From: the human T2T-CHM13v2.0 reference genome, Homo sapiens
Length of the DNA stretch: 64,000 nucleotides
NCBI RefSeq assembly: GCF_009914755.1
Contig: NC_060937.1
Reading direction: 5' to 3' (one strand)
Shown: piece after piece, positions 1 through 15,239 of the stretch
How the letters are laid out: every line of letters starts with the position of its first letter
How positions within the stretch are numbered: position 1 is the stretch's first letter
Position numbers and translations under genes: made by a program
Notes under the pieces: model-generated
What the model was told of the DNA's origin: nothing
What the model saw: the letters and a program-made list of their open reading frames with translations, nothing else
Database searches by the model: none

Positions 1-570
1 ACTGGTTTTTTGTTTCATTGCTATTATCCCTTGTTCTTCACGTTTTCAATTTTATTGATTTCTTCTCTAATTTATTTTTCTGTTTACTGTAGACTTAAAT
101 TGTTCTTTCCTCTCTAGTTTACTTTGTTTATTTATTTATTTTGAGACAAGCTCTCACTCTGTCATCCAGGCTAGAGTGTAGTGGTGCAAACAGGCCTCAC
201 TGTAGCCTCCACTTCCTGGGCTGAAAGGATCCTCCTAACTCAGTCCCCCACAGTAGCTGGGATTATAAGCATGTGCCACCACACCTGCCTAATTTTTTTC
301 TTTCATAGATAGTGTCTTATTATGTTACCCAGGCTGGTCTCAAACTCCTGGGCTCAAGTGATCTTACTGCCTCAGCCTCCCAAATTGCTACTATTACAGG
401 TGCGAGCAACTGTACCTGGCCCACTATGTATAAGTTTAGATTAATTATTTTATACCTTTCTTCTTTTCTAATACATGCATATAATGCTATACATTTTCTT
501 CTCATCACTGTTTTCTTTATATTTCACACATTTTTAAAAGTTGTATTTTCACCTACTAAAAAATATTTTT
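1..570 (-). mobile_element. Old L1 (L1M/L1MC-like) ORF2 remnant, interrupted by an AluJ; resumes at ~3990
   Basis: T-rich antisense L1 ORF2-like sequence (e.g. 'aatgctatacattttcttctcatcactg...gttgtattttca'). It continues colinearly at ~3995 ('ttctttgacccaggtgttactt'). Confidence 0.6.
127..422 (-). mobile_element. AluJ-type SINE
   Basis: Dimeric Alu on the minus strand with J-type 'cctgggctcaagtgatc' and 'tcactgtagcctc' motifs and heavy divergence. Confidence 0.9.
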
Positions 571-579
571 AGTGTCTCT

Positions 580-3500
580 AGTTTTTATTGATATAAATAT
601 TGATATACATATTTATGGGCTTCATGTGAAATTCTGTTATGTGCATAGAATGTGTAATGATCAAGTCAGGGTACTCAGGGATCTATCACCTGAGTATTTA
701 TAATTTCTATGTGTTGAGTACATTTCAGGTCCCCTCCTCTAGCTATTTTGAAAAAAAAAAAAAGCAATACATTGTTGGTAACTATAGTCACCTGACTCTG
801 CTATGAAACATTCGAATTTATTCTTTCTACCTATCTATATGTTTGTACCCATTAAGCATCCTGTCTTCATCTTCGCTACACCCAGTATACACCCTTCCCA
901 TTTCTGGTATCATTCATTTCACACTCTACCTCAATGTGGTCAACTTTTCGAACTCCCACATATAAATGAGAACATGCAATATTTGTCTTTCTGTGCCTCG
1001 GTTATTTCACTTAATAACTCCGGTTCCATTCATACTACTGCAAACGACATGATTTCATAAGTTTTTGTGGTTGAATAATATTTTACTATATATATGTACC
1101 ACATTTTCTTTATCCATTTGTCTGTTGATAGACACAAGTTAGTTCCTTATCTTTGCTACTGTTAATAATGCTGCAATAAGCATGGGAGTGCATGTTTCCC
1201 TTTCATATATTGATTTCTTTTCCTTCGGATAAATACCCAGTAGTTGGATTGCTGGATTTAAAAAAAAATTCTGTTTCATTTAGCTCTGTTTTATCCTTAT
1301 TACTTATCTTTTGCTATTTTTTCTCTTGCTTTTATACTCCTTTGATGAGTATCATTGGATTGTTTCTTTGAAAATTTCCTACTTCTTAATGAAGGTGTTT
1401 ATTGCTATAAAGTTTCCTCTTAGCACTGCTTTTGCTGTATGCCACAGGTTTTGGTATATTGTGTTTCCATTTTCAATTTTTCCAAAAATATTTTTGATTT
1501 CCATCTTCATTTCTTCACTGATCCGGTGGTCATTCAGGAGCATGTTTTTGTTCCATGTATTTGTATGATTTATGAAGTTACCGTTGGTATTGATTTCTAG
1601 TTTTATTCCATTGTGGTCTGAGAAGATAGTTGATGTAATTTTAATTTTTGTTAATTTGCTGGGACTTGTTTTATGTCTAACATATGCTCTATCCTTGAGG
1701 ATGTTCTGTGTGCTGATGAGAAAAATGTGTACTTTGCATTTGTTGACAAAATGTTTTTTAAATGTTTATTAGGTCCATTTCATCTAAAGTTTAGTTTAAA
1801 TTCAGTGTTCCTTTGTTGATTTTCCATCTAGATGTTCTGTCTAATGTTGAGAGTGGGATGTTGAAATCCCCAACTATTGTCGTATTGCAGTTTATTACTC
1901 TTTTTAGATATGGTGCAATTTGCTTTATGAATCTGGGTACTCCAGTGTTGGGTGCATGTATACTTAGAATAGTTATATCCCCTTGCTGGATTGATCGTGT
2001 TATAGTTATATAATGACCTTATTTGTCTTTTTGACTGTTTTTGACCTAAAATCTGTTTTATCTGATGTAAGTATAGCTACTCCTGTTCACTTCTGGTTTC
2101 AATATGTGTGGGATAACTTCTGCCATCTCTTTATTTTTAGACTATATGTGTCTTTATAGGTAAAGTGCATTTCTTGTGGCAGCATATAGTTGGATCATGT
2201 TTTTTAATCTATTCAGCCAATCTGTATGTTTTAAGTGAATAATTTAATTCATTAACATTCAAGATTATTATTGATTTGTGGGTTTTCTTTCCTGTGATAC
2301 TGTTCTATATCATTGTCTCTTTTTTTTCCTTATTGTTTGTCATTGTGATTTGGTGGTTTTATATAGTAGTACCATCTGAGCCCTTTTTCTTAATTGTGTG
2401 TTTGCTTTACCAGTGAGTGTTGTAGTTTCATGTTTTATGATAGTAAATTTTATCCTTTTACTTTATGTTTAGGACTCCTTTGAGAATCTCTTATAGGTCT
2501 GGTCTAGGTGATTAATTCTGTCAGCTTTTGCTTGTCTGGGAAAAATTTTCGTTTATGAAGGATAATTTTGTTGGGTATAGCACACTGGCTGGAAGATTTT
2601 TTCTTTCAACACTTTTAATATATCATCCCATTCTCTCCTGGCATGTAAGGTTTCTGCTTTGGAATCCACTCTTAGTCTGATGAGGGTATCTTTATGGGAA
2701 ATTAGACACATTTTTCTTGCTGTTTTTAGAATTCTCTTTATGTCTTTCATTTTAAATGGTTTGACTATAATATGCCATGAAGATGACCATTTTGCATTTT
2801 ATTTCTTCAGAGATTTCTGAGACTCTTCTATTTGGATGTCTAAATCTCTTGCTAGACTTGAAAAATTATTTTCATCTATTACTTCATGAAATAGGTTTTC
2901 TTACCCTTTTGTTACATCTTAGCCTTCTGGAATACAGATAGTTCAAGTATTTGGCCGTTTTGTAATGTCCCATGTGTCACAAAACCTTTGGTTTTCTGTT
3001 TTTATTCTTTTGGTTTAAATTTTTATCTGACTAGGTTATTTCCAAAGACAAATTTACATTATGGGTATCTTTTCTGCTGATTGATTTAGTCTATTGTTAA
3101 AACTTTCAAATATATTTTGTATTTTATTTAATAATAAATATTTCATTCCAGAATTTCTGTTTGACACTTTTTAATGGTATCTATCTCTTTGGTTAATTTC
3201 TCATTCATATTCAAATTTGTTTTTCTGATTTCTTTGTATTGTTTTTCAAAATTATCTTTTATCTTACTGAGTTTCATTAGTATCAACATTGTGATTTACT
3301 CTTTCAAGATTTTATGAATTTCTTTTTGTTTGGGTCTGTGGCTGAAGAATTATTGCATTCCTTTGGAGATGTCACATTTCCTCAATTTTTCTTTTTCTGT
3401 ATTCTTATATTGATATCTGCATGTCTTGTGTAACAGTCTCTTCTTCCAATTTTTTGAATTTGCTTTCATAGAGGGGAACTTTTTTTGAAGATATATCTTT

Positions 3501-3985
3501 GATGCTGGTTGGGCAGGGCACTTTGGTTTCGATTTTGAGTGCATGCAGTAGTGTAGTCTCTGTATGATTTATTTGCCTGAAGGAGCGTCAGTGATGTCTA
3601 TGAGTATCTTAGTGGCTTAGGGTGTTGTCAGTGGAGGCTATGATGAAGTTTTGCTAGGGACTAGGTCACCAAGTAGGCCAGTCTTTGGGCCCCAGTGGTG
3701 GCAGCAGTGAGCTGAACATGCCTGTTCTTGGGCCCCAGGTAGTGTACACTAGCACTTGCATTACTGGGTCCCAGTGGACCAATTTTGGGGCCTTCAGGTG
3801 GCTTGTTTGGGTACCAGAAATGGCAGCAGTGGGCCAGGCAGGTGGGTGGGTTCTTAAGACCCTAGACAGTGGGTATGGCACTGGTGATGGCAGTAGAAGT
3901 AGTGAAACAACCCTCCTTTCAATGCATTGGGAAGTATCTCCCTGCTCTCAGCTGCTCCTGACTGAATAGGCTGCCTCACTTCCTA
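580..3985 (-). mobile_element. L1MA-type LINE-1 (3'UTR at 580-1258; ORF2 N-term/ORF1/5' region at 1270-3985), internally deleted or composite, nested in the older L1
   Basis: L1MA-like 3'UTR ('gtgcatagaatgtgtaatgatcaagtcaggg', 'actatagtcacc'). ORF1-like peptide at 2553-2750 (LKTARK...IRLRVDSKAETLHARREWDDILKVLKEKIFQP). Confidence 0.75.
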
Positions 3986-3989
3986 GAAT

Positions 3990-6400
3990 GACTCTTTAGA
4001 CTCTTCTTTGACCCAGGTGTTACTTACACATTTTTTGATTAATATGCAAATATTTCAGAATTTTTCAACTATCCTCTGCTTATTGATTTCAAATATATTT
4101 CCTTTGTGTACCACAGATATCTTTTGTATGACTTTATTCTTTTACATTTATTAAGATGTGTTTCATGGCATAGTCTGTACCACTTTTCACAAATGTTCCT
4201 TATGAGCTTGATGAGAATATTATGCTGCTTTATTGGATACAGTGTTCTATAAATACCAATTAGACCAAATTGCTTCATAGAGCTCTTCAGGTCAACTATT
4301 TTCTCTTCAATTTTCTGACTCCTTCATGTATCAATTACTAAAAGAGGGGTTCAAAATCTTCAGATATAATACTGAGCTTGTCTATTTTTCTCTAAAATTT
4401 TGTCAGGTTTTTGCTCACGTATCTTTTATCCTCTATTATTAGGCACATACATATTTAAGGTTGGTATATTTCCTTGGATAACTGGCCTCTTTATTATAAT
4501 GTAATATTTCTTTTTATCACTGATAATTTTTATTATTCAAAAGTTAGCTTTGTCTAAAATCAATGTACCTATGCCAAATATTTTTGATTGATATTAACAT
4601 GGTATGTGTTTTATTATCCATTCACTTTCAATCTGTCTGTCCTTGTATATAAAATGGCTTTTTAATAGTTATTTTAAACTTATTTTTAAGCTGCTTTATT
4701 ACAGTATAATTGGCACATGAAAACGTATTGTTATATAATGTATACAACTTGATTTGTTTGGGGATAAGTATACATTCATAAAATTATCAAACTATCATTT
4801 CTCAATGCCATGAACCTACCCATCTGCTCAAAAAGTTTCCTCCTGTTCCTTTAAAGTCACTTGTTTTCAGACTTTATATACTTGTGTGTTATTTGTATTC
4901 ACTCCCTAATTCTCTGTCTTTAACTGGTGTGTTTAGATCATTCAAAATTAAAGTAATTATTGATATAGTTGCTGTAACATCTGTCATGTCTGTAACTGCT
5001 TTATATTCTTTGCACTTATCCTTTGTTTCTTTCATTTTCTTCCTCTGTTTTATAGCTGTTTTCCATTTCTTATTTAGCATGCTATATGATTTCACTTTCT
5101 CCTCAGCATATCAGTTATACATCTAACACATTTTTGTAATAGTTGCACTAAAGCTGACATATATTTAAAATCAATCCAAGATTACTTTTAAATAACAGTA
5201 TACTGCTTCATGGGTGGCGCAGTTATTTTAAAATAGACTATTCCCAATTCTCCTCTCTTATCATTTGTAACATTCCTAACATTCATCTCACTCTTCCATA
5301 TTTGCAATGACACAGTGCATATTTGGAATTATTACTTTGACTAATTATTTCTTCAAAATGAAGGAGAAATAAGAAGTTTTTTAGACAAACAAAATGTATG
5401 TTGAGATAATTAACTGCTAGCAGTACTGCAACAAATGTTGAAAAAGCTTCTCAGGAAGACAGAAAATAATATAGGCCAGAAACACATATACACATAAGGA
5501 AAGGAAAAGTATCAGAAAAAAATAAATAAATGAAGGCAATTTTAATTTTAGACAAAGCTAACTTTTGAATAAGAAAAATTACCAGTGACAAAAAGAAATA
5601 TTACACTATAATCAAGAGGCCAATTATTCAAGGAGATATAACAACTTTAAACATGTATGCACCTAACAATAGAGCATTAAAATATATAATAATACTCATA
5701 TTATTGCTAATATTATCTATGACATCAATCAAGAATAAGAGAACTATTTTATTTTACCTTCATTTAATTCTCCCCAAATCCATTTGTTTGTCTAAGAAAC
5801 TTCTTGTTTATCCTTCATTTTGAAGAATGATTTCACTGAGTGTAGAATTCTGGGTTGATAATACTTTTCTTTCAGTAGTTTAATTTTTCTGTTTTTTTGG
5901 TTCCATTGTTTCTGACAATTAGTTTTCTGTAATTCTTATTCATTTTCCTCCTTATCCATTTCCTCCTTTGTTTAGTTCTTGCTTTCTTTCAAGATTTTCT
6001 CTTTGTCTTAATTTTTGTCGTTTTGAATATGATGTGCCTATGTGCATATTTTTAAATATTTGTCCCATTTGGTATTCTCTCAGCTTCCCAGGTATATGAA
6101 TTGGCATCTGTTATAAGTTTTAGAATGTTCTCAGACATTATTATTTTAATATTTCTTCCATTCTATTTCCTCTTCCTCCTGCTTTCTCCTCCTCCTCTTC
6201 TTCTTCTATCTGAATTACACGTATTTTGCATATTTTTAAATTACCCCAGAGTTCCTATATACTATGCAGTGCCTTTTTAAATTATTTTTCTCTCATTTTA
6301 TTTAAGTTTGAGACATTTCATTTGACATATATTTTAGGTTACTGATTATTTCATCAGCTGTATATACACTGTTGAGGAGATAATCGAAGCCTTTTTATTC
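3990..6400 (-). mobile_element. Old L1 (endonuclease/ORF1 region) with nested fragments
   Basis: Endonuclease-like remnants at 4069-4278 (IYRTLYP...HETHLNK) and 4889-5095 (ISIITLILNDLNTPVKDREL). ORF1-like antisense sequence at 5780-6400. Confidence 0.7.
5349..5680 (+). mobile_element. Sense-orientation L1 fragment (ORF1 end joined to EN region), inverted relative to the host L1
   Basis: 5349-5396 is approximately the reverse complement of 5781-5827. 5545-5674 is approximately the reverse complement of 4431-4560. Confidence 0.7.
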
Positions 6401-6908
6401 CCTTTTCTGAGCAATTTTCCATTACATTAATGTAGATTATTTTTTATTTTATTCAGGTATTTAATTCAGATCGCTATTATCTTATCCAATGCTATTTTGA
6501 CATGGCCTAAGATTTGATGCTACATAAGATTTACTAACTACTCAAGAATATATTACTTGGACATGAAAGAACTCAGGTTCAAGTTTATTCATTTACTAAG
6601 TTAGTTAAATCATGTGCCTTCTATGAGCCTTCATTTGGTAACTTGGAAAATGGAAATAATAACACTAGTCATATATATTCTACACTGCTACCATATGGAC
6701 CAAAGGGATTATAGATTACAATCACCATCATTCCTGCTGACAGGTATATAGAAAACAATTTCATTGAAGAAAAGTCCTTACATTTATCCTTTTCCTAATA
6801 TCTGCATGGGTAAACTAATAAATATAGTCATTAGAAAACCCTTATTATTATTATTAGTTCAATGTGAGAACTGCTGCAGAAAAAATATGCTTTATAATAT
6901 TTTCTTGA

Positions 6909-7308
<400 letters not shown>

Positions 7309-10300
7309 CCTATGTCTATCTCTAAAAAATAGGCACTGAATTTGTTTCTTAATGTAAAGAATGAATGAATACATATTATTTTGTGAAAGGTATTTCTCTT
7401 TCAGTTGAAAAATATAGTTCTTGTATTTCTTTATACATCAGAGAATTTTGTATATTTTCTACAACATTTATTTTTCTCTTCAGAATTGATCTAGACTCTG
7501 GAACAAATGTTTTAGCAAAAAGTATGAGGATAAAACTAGACCAATGGTTTTTAAAGCAATTTCAACTTAGTAGGTTTATTTTTAAGTAAAAATAGTCCAG
7601 TGAATTTGTTTTCAGGTGAGCAAGTCTTAATTATAGCATTTATTTGAGTCTCAGCCAATTTGAAACTATTAGAAAATTAAATACTACAAGAGAGCACAAT
7701 TACTTAAATGCAGTCTTTGTTTCATTCAGTTTTTGATAGCATTATAAAAACTCATTTCGTTGTTTACAGATTTTAATTTTATTATAAATTTAAAATATTT
7801 TATATGGTGTTAAATATATAGGGATGCTGACGAATATGCATTTTTGTTTAATGTGTGCTTTCCTTGTAATGTAAAATCTTTATGTTTAATTTATCTTGTT
7901 TTTATATATTTATGTCACCATTTAACTTTGCAGAGTTATTTAATCTGTAAGGGCTTTGGAGATGATTTGTAGACTTTATTTTTGGAATCTAGTAGAGAAT
8001 CAATAATTGAATACAAACGTGTGAAGTAGTTTCAATAAAATAATCAAAGTTAGATCTCTTCCCACTGAAAAGTTACATTCTATTAAAGGGAAAATCAATC
8101 ATCCCTAGAGGATGTATAAGGCAAATGACTTTTTGCCCACTGGATAAACCTCATGATTTTGAATCAGTCCTTATCTTTTTACTAACAATCAATCCAGCAA
8201 CCTCATTAAGATAGGTGTGATGAAATGTTAAATTTGACTCTTTGAGTTCCTCCTCTTTTCATCAAAAGTTTTATCACTTTAACAGGTGACACCTATGTGT
8301 TTATTATTATTATTAAAAGACATATATGCTTTATAGAAAATGTTTTACTAAACATGAGAAAACGTAAAAGTTTGATACAGATATATTTCTTTCAATTTGC
8401 ATATGCAAGTACCAGGGAACTTAGCACTGTTTATAGTCTATAAACCATAATACACTTGCAACAATTAGTTTTAGTTAAGATAATCTCTCTACTAAAACAG
8501 GTAATATATATGTCTTATCTTTGAGAATAACAGTCTTCAATGACATTTTGAAGTTTTATTTTTTAGTCAAGTTTTCCACTCGTATATTTAATACTCAATT
8601 TTAGAGGTCAACATTGTTTTCATAATGAATAGTGTAACCAGCATGTAATAACATTAAAACTATGTTAATGCTATAAACAGAGCCACTTTCTTCCAGAAAA
8701 CTTCATTTTTCCTTACAGCACTGAAATGAAGATAAAGCTCAAGTAACAACCCACACTTTTATTTCTTGTCAATAATAGTAAAAAGATAACTAGAGAATTT
8801 CATTAGCACTTTTTCAAATATAAGATATTTCTTTGACCTCCTTTCACACAGTATTTTAAATTTGCCTGGGGGAAGAACTAAAAGATTTTTCTGTTTTAAT
8901 TATATTTTAATAACTTTTCCAAAGACAAATGTTGATGTTTATTTTACTGTTCCTAGTTTAAATAATATGTTTGAAGTTTAATATGATGATCTTTATGTTT
9001 ATATAATTAACAAAAAAAATCTTTCTCATACTCTGAAAATAAACTAATGCTGTGCTTTTCCAACAGTTCTCTAAGCTGATTTATTTTTTTAATTTGGATT
9101 TTTGCATATATTCAAATTCCAGAATGGGGAGGCTCATAGAAATAATGAGCATTGCACTGAATGTTGCAGAATATGTATATAGTTAGATTAATAAAGAGAG
9201 AGGAACCATTTATACATTATTTAAATTTTCTTAAAATATATACAATCATTTATAATTTCTGATGACTCTCAAGAAGTGGGTCAGATAGAATATCTTTAGT
9301 ACTGATTTTCTAATCTTGTACATAATACACTAATTACCCTGCAGCAGTGAGGGCATTCAGTGCTGGGACCTTTCCCAGGCTCTGAGCCTCACTCTTTCAA
9401 TGTGCGCTGCCGGTCTATTAGCCATTAACAGTGTCTCAAACAGCAACTGCCAGCAACTGCAAACATCCGGCCTCTGGTGAGAGGTATAAAGGGCCAATTG
9501 ATAGGAACAAACTTCAGGATGCCTAGAATTGCCAGGACAATAGCAATTTCATTCTTTGGGATTTAATAGAGAACACAAGTAAAGGAAAAATAGAAACTAC
9601 TGTTGTCCTTATGTAAGATGCCATTTTAATTTGACATAATTGCAAAGATTATTTTTAATGTGGCTTTTCAAAAAATTCCTGGACGATGGCTATTTCATTC
9701 TATGAGTTAAAAAATACTTAATGGAAAACATAAATATAAAATAAGAAATTAAGAAAAAAAAACCTTGTCGTTGAGCTTATTTAACATTCTAGTTCAGTTT
9801 GACAAAATTGCACTAATATTTTTCATGTGATTTTTTTCTAAAGTTTTTTTTTAATTCAAGTATCATTGTAGAAAATCTTAACATATTTGACATGATGTTT
9901 AATAAACAATCAAGTTGATCTTATAGAAGACTGCAGATTTTTGATGTATCTGTTTTTTCCTGGTCAGAAAGCAGCTAAACAGTTATGCAGCTTCAAAGTT
10001 AGCAGGTAATTTAATAGACAAATAAATCTGTTTTTTACAACTGTGGCTTAATGCCCTTTTAGGATTACTCATTTAGTTGTTCTTCCTGTTTCCTGATCAG
10101 TTATAAATTTCCATTATCTCTGGATGACTTCTCTGCTATGATTACTTACATTACATCCCTAATTCAAAATGGTAAAAGAAAATGTAGTCTTTTTAATTAT
10201 GTCATTATCTCTAACAACATATTAAATCATAACATGATGCAATCTTACAATTTTTGAATAAATTATGAAATGTTAGGAAAAAAGATAATCTTCATTTATC

Positions 10301-11532
10301 AAATAAATATAACTCCAGAATACATATTTTAAAACTGTTATTCTCTTTCTATAAAGCAAAACTTAAAACAATGAATTATGGGTTGTCCCAATTTTATGTT
10401 TCTTAAGACTAGCTATTGTGACTAAGTAAAACATAGTATTGCATGAGATGCTATGATTAGCTGTGACATCGCTGAAAATTGTTCCTTGAGTTTGTGTCCC
10501 ATTTAACTAGAATCTAACTGTGGTATATCAATGTATTTGGTGCCCAGCCACTTGGGTATGCACATGAAGAGATTGAAGAAATATAATAACCAGAAGATGT
10601 GTTTTGCCAACAATTAACTTCTAGTTATTTGATGTGAAGAGTTGGTTGATTTAAATGGTTTCTTTCTTTTTCAAGCATGAACAGAGTTTAACCTCCTTTT
10701 CGTTACGTTTCTGATAGATAGAAGAATAACAAAAAAATCCTCCAAAAATGAAAAATAAAAAAACCCTGTATCATATTATTTTAAACATATTCTCAACATT
10801 TGAGATTTTATTGAACTGTTCAACATTTTGTTTGTTTAATTAGTTAATGAAGATAAATAATAGATTAAATAACTACCGAGATGTTTTCAAACATAATACA
10901 TTTTCAAAGTAGTAATTCTAAAAGATAGCTTTTACATAATGTAATAATTACTGCAGAGGAAGAAGAATGTGGGTATAAACTAAACAAAAATATATCTGTC
11001 CTTCTCAAAGCTAGAGAGGATTAGAAAATAGAAGAAAAAGATTAGAAGAGAGGAAAATGGAAATAACAAAGGAAAACAGGGTGTATATTGTTGATAGAAG
11101 ACATCTCTCAAAGCGTTTCATTTTATTTTTCAGGCTGTTTGTACATGTTAAGGGAAAAACTTCATGTAAGAATTCTGGTAACTGCAACAAGATTTGGCTA
11201 CACCTCTAAAATTTAGACAAGTAGAGCTCTGAGTTTTCATTTTTTCCAAAGAACATCTCAAACACTCTATACTCCAAATTATCTATAAATAATGCCATGC
11301 TAATGATTGTCTCAATCTTTTTTCACAAATGAACCAAAAATTTCTCTTGATAATACTATTTCCTTCTCCATGCAGCCCATATGCCATCGACTGTTGCCTA
11401 ATGTTCATAAATGAATAATTTCTATATTCATTTTTAACAAGCAATAGATAATGTGATCATTTTAACAATTAAATTATCTCATATATTAAACTTTTAAATT
11501 TGATGAATGTCGGAGGTTACTTGTTAAATGAT

Positions 11533-12180
11533 CAGGGATCAATAAATTGTGGCTCATAGATCAAATTTAGTCTACCACCTGTTTTGTGTAGCTTGTAAAC
11601 TAACATAATTTTTGAAATTTTTAAACGAATGAAGAAAAAGGAAAATGGGGTTTTGCAAAACATGAAAATTGGCCAGTGGCTTGCGCCTGTAATCCCCACA
11701 CTGTGGGAGGCCAAGGGGGCCAGATCACTTGAGGTCAGGAGTTTGAGACCAGCCTGGCCAACATGGCGAAACTTTGTCTCTACTAAAAATACAAAAATTA
11801 GCTGGGTGTAGTGGCGCATGCTTGTAATCCCAGATACTAGGGAGGTTGAGGTGGGAAAACTGCTTGAACCTGGGAGGCGGAGGTTGCAGTGAGCCGAGAT
11901 TTGGCCACTACACTCTAGCCTGGGCAACAGAGTGAGACTCAGTCTCAAAACAAAACAAAAAACACATGAAAATGATATGAAATTGAAATTACCGTGTCCA
12001 TAAAGTTTTATTAAAACACAGGCATAACCATTTATTTATCTATTGTGTTAAAATTCTTGCACATTATAAAAGCAGAATTTAGTATTTGCTATAGGGACTA
12101 CGTGCCTGCAAATTCTAATATATTTGTTATCTGTTGCTTTTAAGATCTGGCCCTTTTACAGAAAATTTTGCTGATTCCTG
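11533..12180 (+). mobile_element. MER58B-like hAT-Charlie DNA transposon, split by an Alu
   Basis: Begins 'cagggatcaataaattgtggc', contains 'taaagttttattaaaacaca', and ends 'tggcccttttacagaaaattttgctgattcctg'. Confidence 0.75.
11671..11960 (+). mobile_element. AluSx-like SINE
   Basis: Alu body with (AAAAC)n tail and flanking 'acatgaaaat' duplication. Confidence 0.93.
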
Positions 12181-12841
12181 GTTTAGATAAATCTATTGTA
12201 AACATGGACATTAAGCTATTGTTTGATGACTTGTTCATTTGTCCAGTAAACTTATACATATATACTTTCTTGTATAATACCTTTTAAAATATATTTTATT
12301 AGTTTCTAGGTCTACATTTTTTGGGACATATAATAATATGCTTCTTGCTTTTAAGTAAAATAAAATTAAATATACATGACTGTTAGAAATCTTCTAAGAG
12401 TTAAAGAGAATAAGACAAACTAATGATAATAATACCTTCAATTTTTAGAAACGTTTAAGGGTTTAATTCAAAATGCAGAATCACATATTTAATATCATTT
12501 GATTCCAACAGAGTTTTAGTGAAGTAAGCAAATCAGATATCATGTCTGTGTTATATGAATGTACACATTGACTGAAAGTTATGACTTTTCCAAGATAAAG
12601 CATCAGAGGTAACTTTACCATGACAAAGTGATATACTTTTCAATATATTACAGTGACAATGGTCATGAAAAACTTCACTATAGTATTTTAATTGGGCAGT
12701 GAAGAATCTTGCAGTTGGATTCAATAGAGAGACACTGGAAAAAGAATACACAGAAGAGGCAAAACTGAAATAGCACTAAGTGGAGGTACAAAGATTTGTT
12801 AGGCAAATGATAAATAATACACAAATATTGTTGAAGTGTAG

Positions 12842-13191
<350 letters not shown>

Positions 13192-14309
13192 GTAAAATGA
13201 TAACGTTTCAATGACAAGTGTGACTTTTGGAATTCTTAATAAAAATTTGAAATTAAATCACTTAAATATAACATACAATCTCCGATTCAGATAAAACAAT
13301 TACATTGGGAAACCCTGCATTTGCTAACTGTGGGAAGAATAAACATAGTACATGGTGCTGGAGGAAAGACAGAAAGTGGGTGGTCTTGAATGCTAGACAT
13401 TTGAGGTACTATATGTCCATAACATTTTACTCAAAGCCTTTTGTGACATTTTTCTTTTGTTTTGTTTCTTGTCATTTTCTTTCTTGTCTACATTACCTTC
13501 TTTTCCTCTATCTTTCTTTCTTTCATTGTTCTAGTTTTATTTCTGTGATTGCTGTTAAAATGGTACATATGAAGTATATTAAATGTATGGTACACAAATG
13601 AACTCAGAGGCAGTACCTTATGACCAAATACGGTACTATATCTGCAACAAAACATACAAATATTATTTCTGAGTGGAAAAAAATGACTAAACAGTCTAAG
13701 TACAATGTAGGTCAGGCATTACTTTTAAATGAATTTGCCCCAAACATATACATATTTTTTTTTCTTTTCACAACTACTGGCATATTTGCAATTATGAATA
13801 AGAGATTGAGAATTTATACTAAATTTTGGAGAAATGTAAACTATTAAAGATCTTTGAGCAAAATTTTGGTAGCTTGTTTCTTAATTATTTCCTTTGTTTT
13901 TGAATACAGAATAGAACTGAAGTGAGAGAGAACCTACAGGTAGAGAGAACAATCTATGAACTATAGTATAATTTGCACAAAGTGCTATAGGCTTGAACTA
14001 AATGCTAAAGATAGAAATCAGAGGAATAAATTGATCTAAAAGAGGTTGGAATAAATTTGACAAGATTTAATGGCCCCTTCATTATACTTGTTGATGCACT
14101 TAAATCTCTATAAATCCAGATTGCACATTCTCAGAATAATAATTTTTAAAAATTTTTAATATTTAATCTCTGTGATGAACATGGAAAGATTATGAATGGA
14201 ATCAGTTAGTAACAAGTCAGATCACTAAAGATAGCTTCAGAAAGATCTACCCCTGTCTAGTATCAGCACAAATAAAAAATAATTAAGTCCCTACCATTAA
14301 ATAAACTTT

Positions 14310-15190
14310 TATTTAACACTTACTATTTTCCTCATGCTATGTGAGACAGAGGACACAAATGTAAAAAAGACAGTCTCTTTTTTTTAAGCCACAGTATTGG
14401 AGAAATAAATATATACAAATAATCCCAATTTAGAGTGATAAATGGCATAGCAGTTGAGTATAAAAGGTAGAAAAGGTGAAGGGAAAAAAAGGTAAATTCT
14501 TTCTGATGCCTCTAATTACAGAGTAGGGAGAGTGAAAATCAGAAACATTTAGATAAAAAATATACAGCTGAACTGAATCCAAAAGAATGATTTCCACATA
14601 GAAAGGAGAGTAAATAATGTTTGCAAACATGCAGACCTGCAGAAGATCACAAGGTGTATAGCGGAACCAAGTAACTTAAAATGTGCAGAATGTGAGCTAA
14701 GTTTAAGAAAGAGCCAGAGATAAAACTGAAAAGAAAGGAAAGGTCAAGGTTAAAAAAAAGGCATACTTAGAAGCTCACTTTGGTTACTCTTTATAGGAAA
14801 GAATTGGATTGGGAGGGTGAAGCTTTGTATCTTGGCATGAGTCTAGTTTAAAAAAAAAAGACTATTCAGAAATTGAGATAATGTATGTATTATGAAAGTG
14901 GAAGCAGAAATGAGTAGAAAGAGATGGATTCAAGAGCTATTTTGGAATTAGAATCCATAGGAAATGTCACATAAAATATTGGTAGCAGGACAGTTGAAAA
15001 AAATACATAGGCTACCTTCCACATTGTAATTCCATTTGCTTGGAGGATATTTGGCTCAAAAATCTCAATAAGAAATATAGAAAAAACTGAGTTTGGAGTG
15101 GAAATTATTAATATAAGTTTGAAAATTTGAGTTTCAAACACCTATCACACATATAGATAGATGCCAATATGGTATGTAAACAGAGGAACC
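14310..15190 (-). mobile_element. Degraded L2 LINE
   Basis: Purine-rich L2-like motifs ('tttagaagctcactttggtt', 'gagatggattcaagagctattttgg'). Confidence 0.45.
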
Positions 15191-15239
15191 GATATTATGA
15201 ATAGGACATGTGATTGATAATCTAGAGCAAGTAGGTAGT

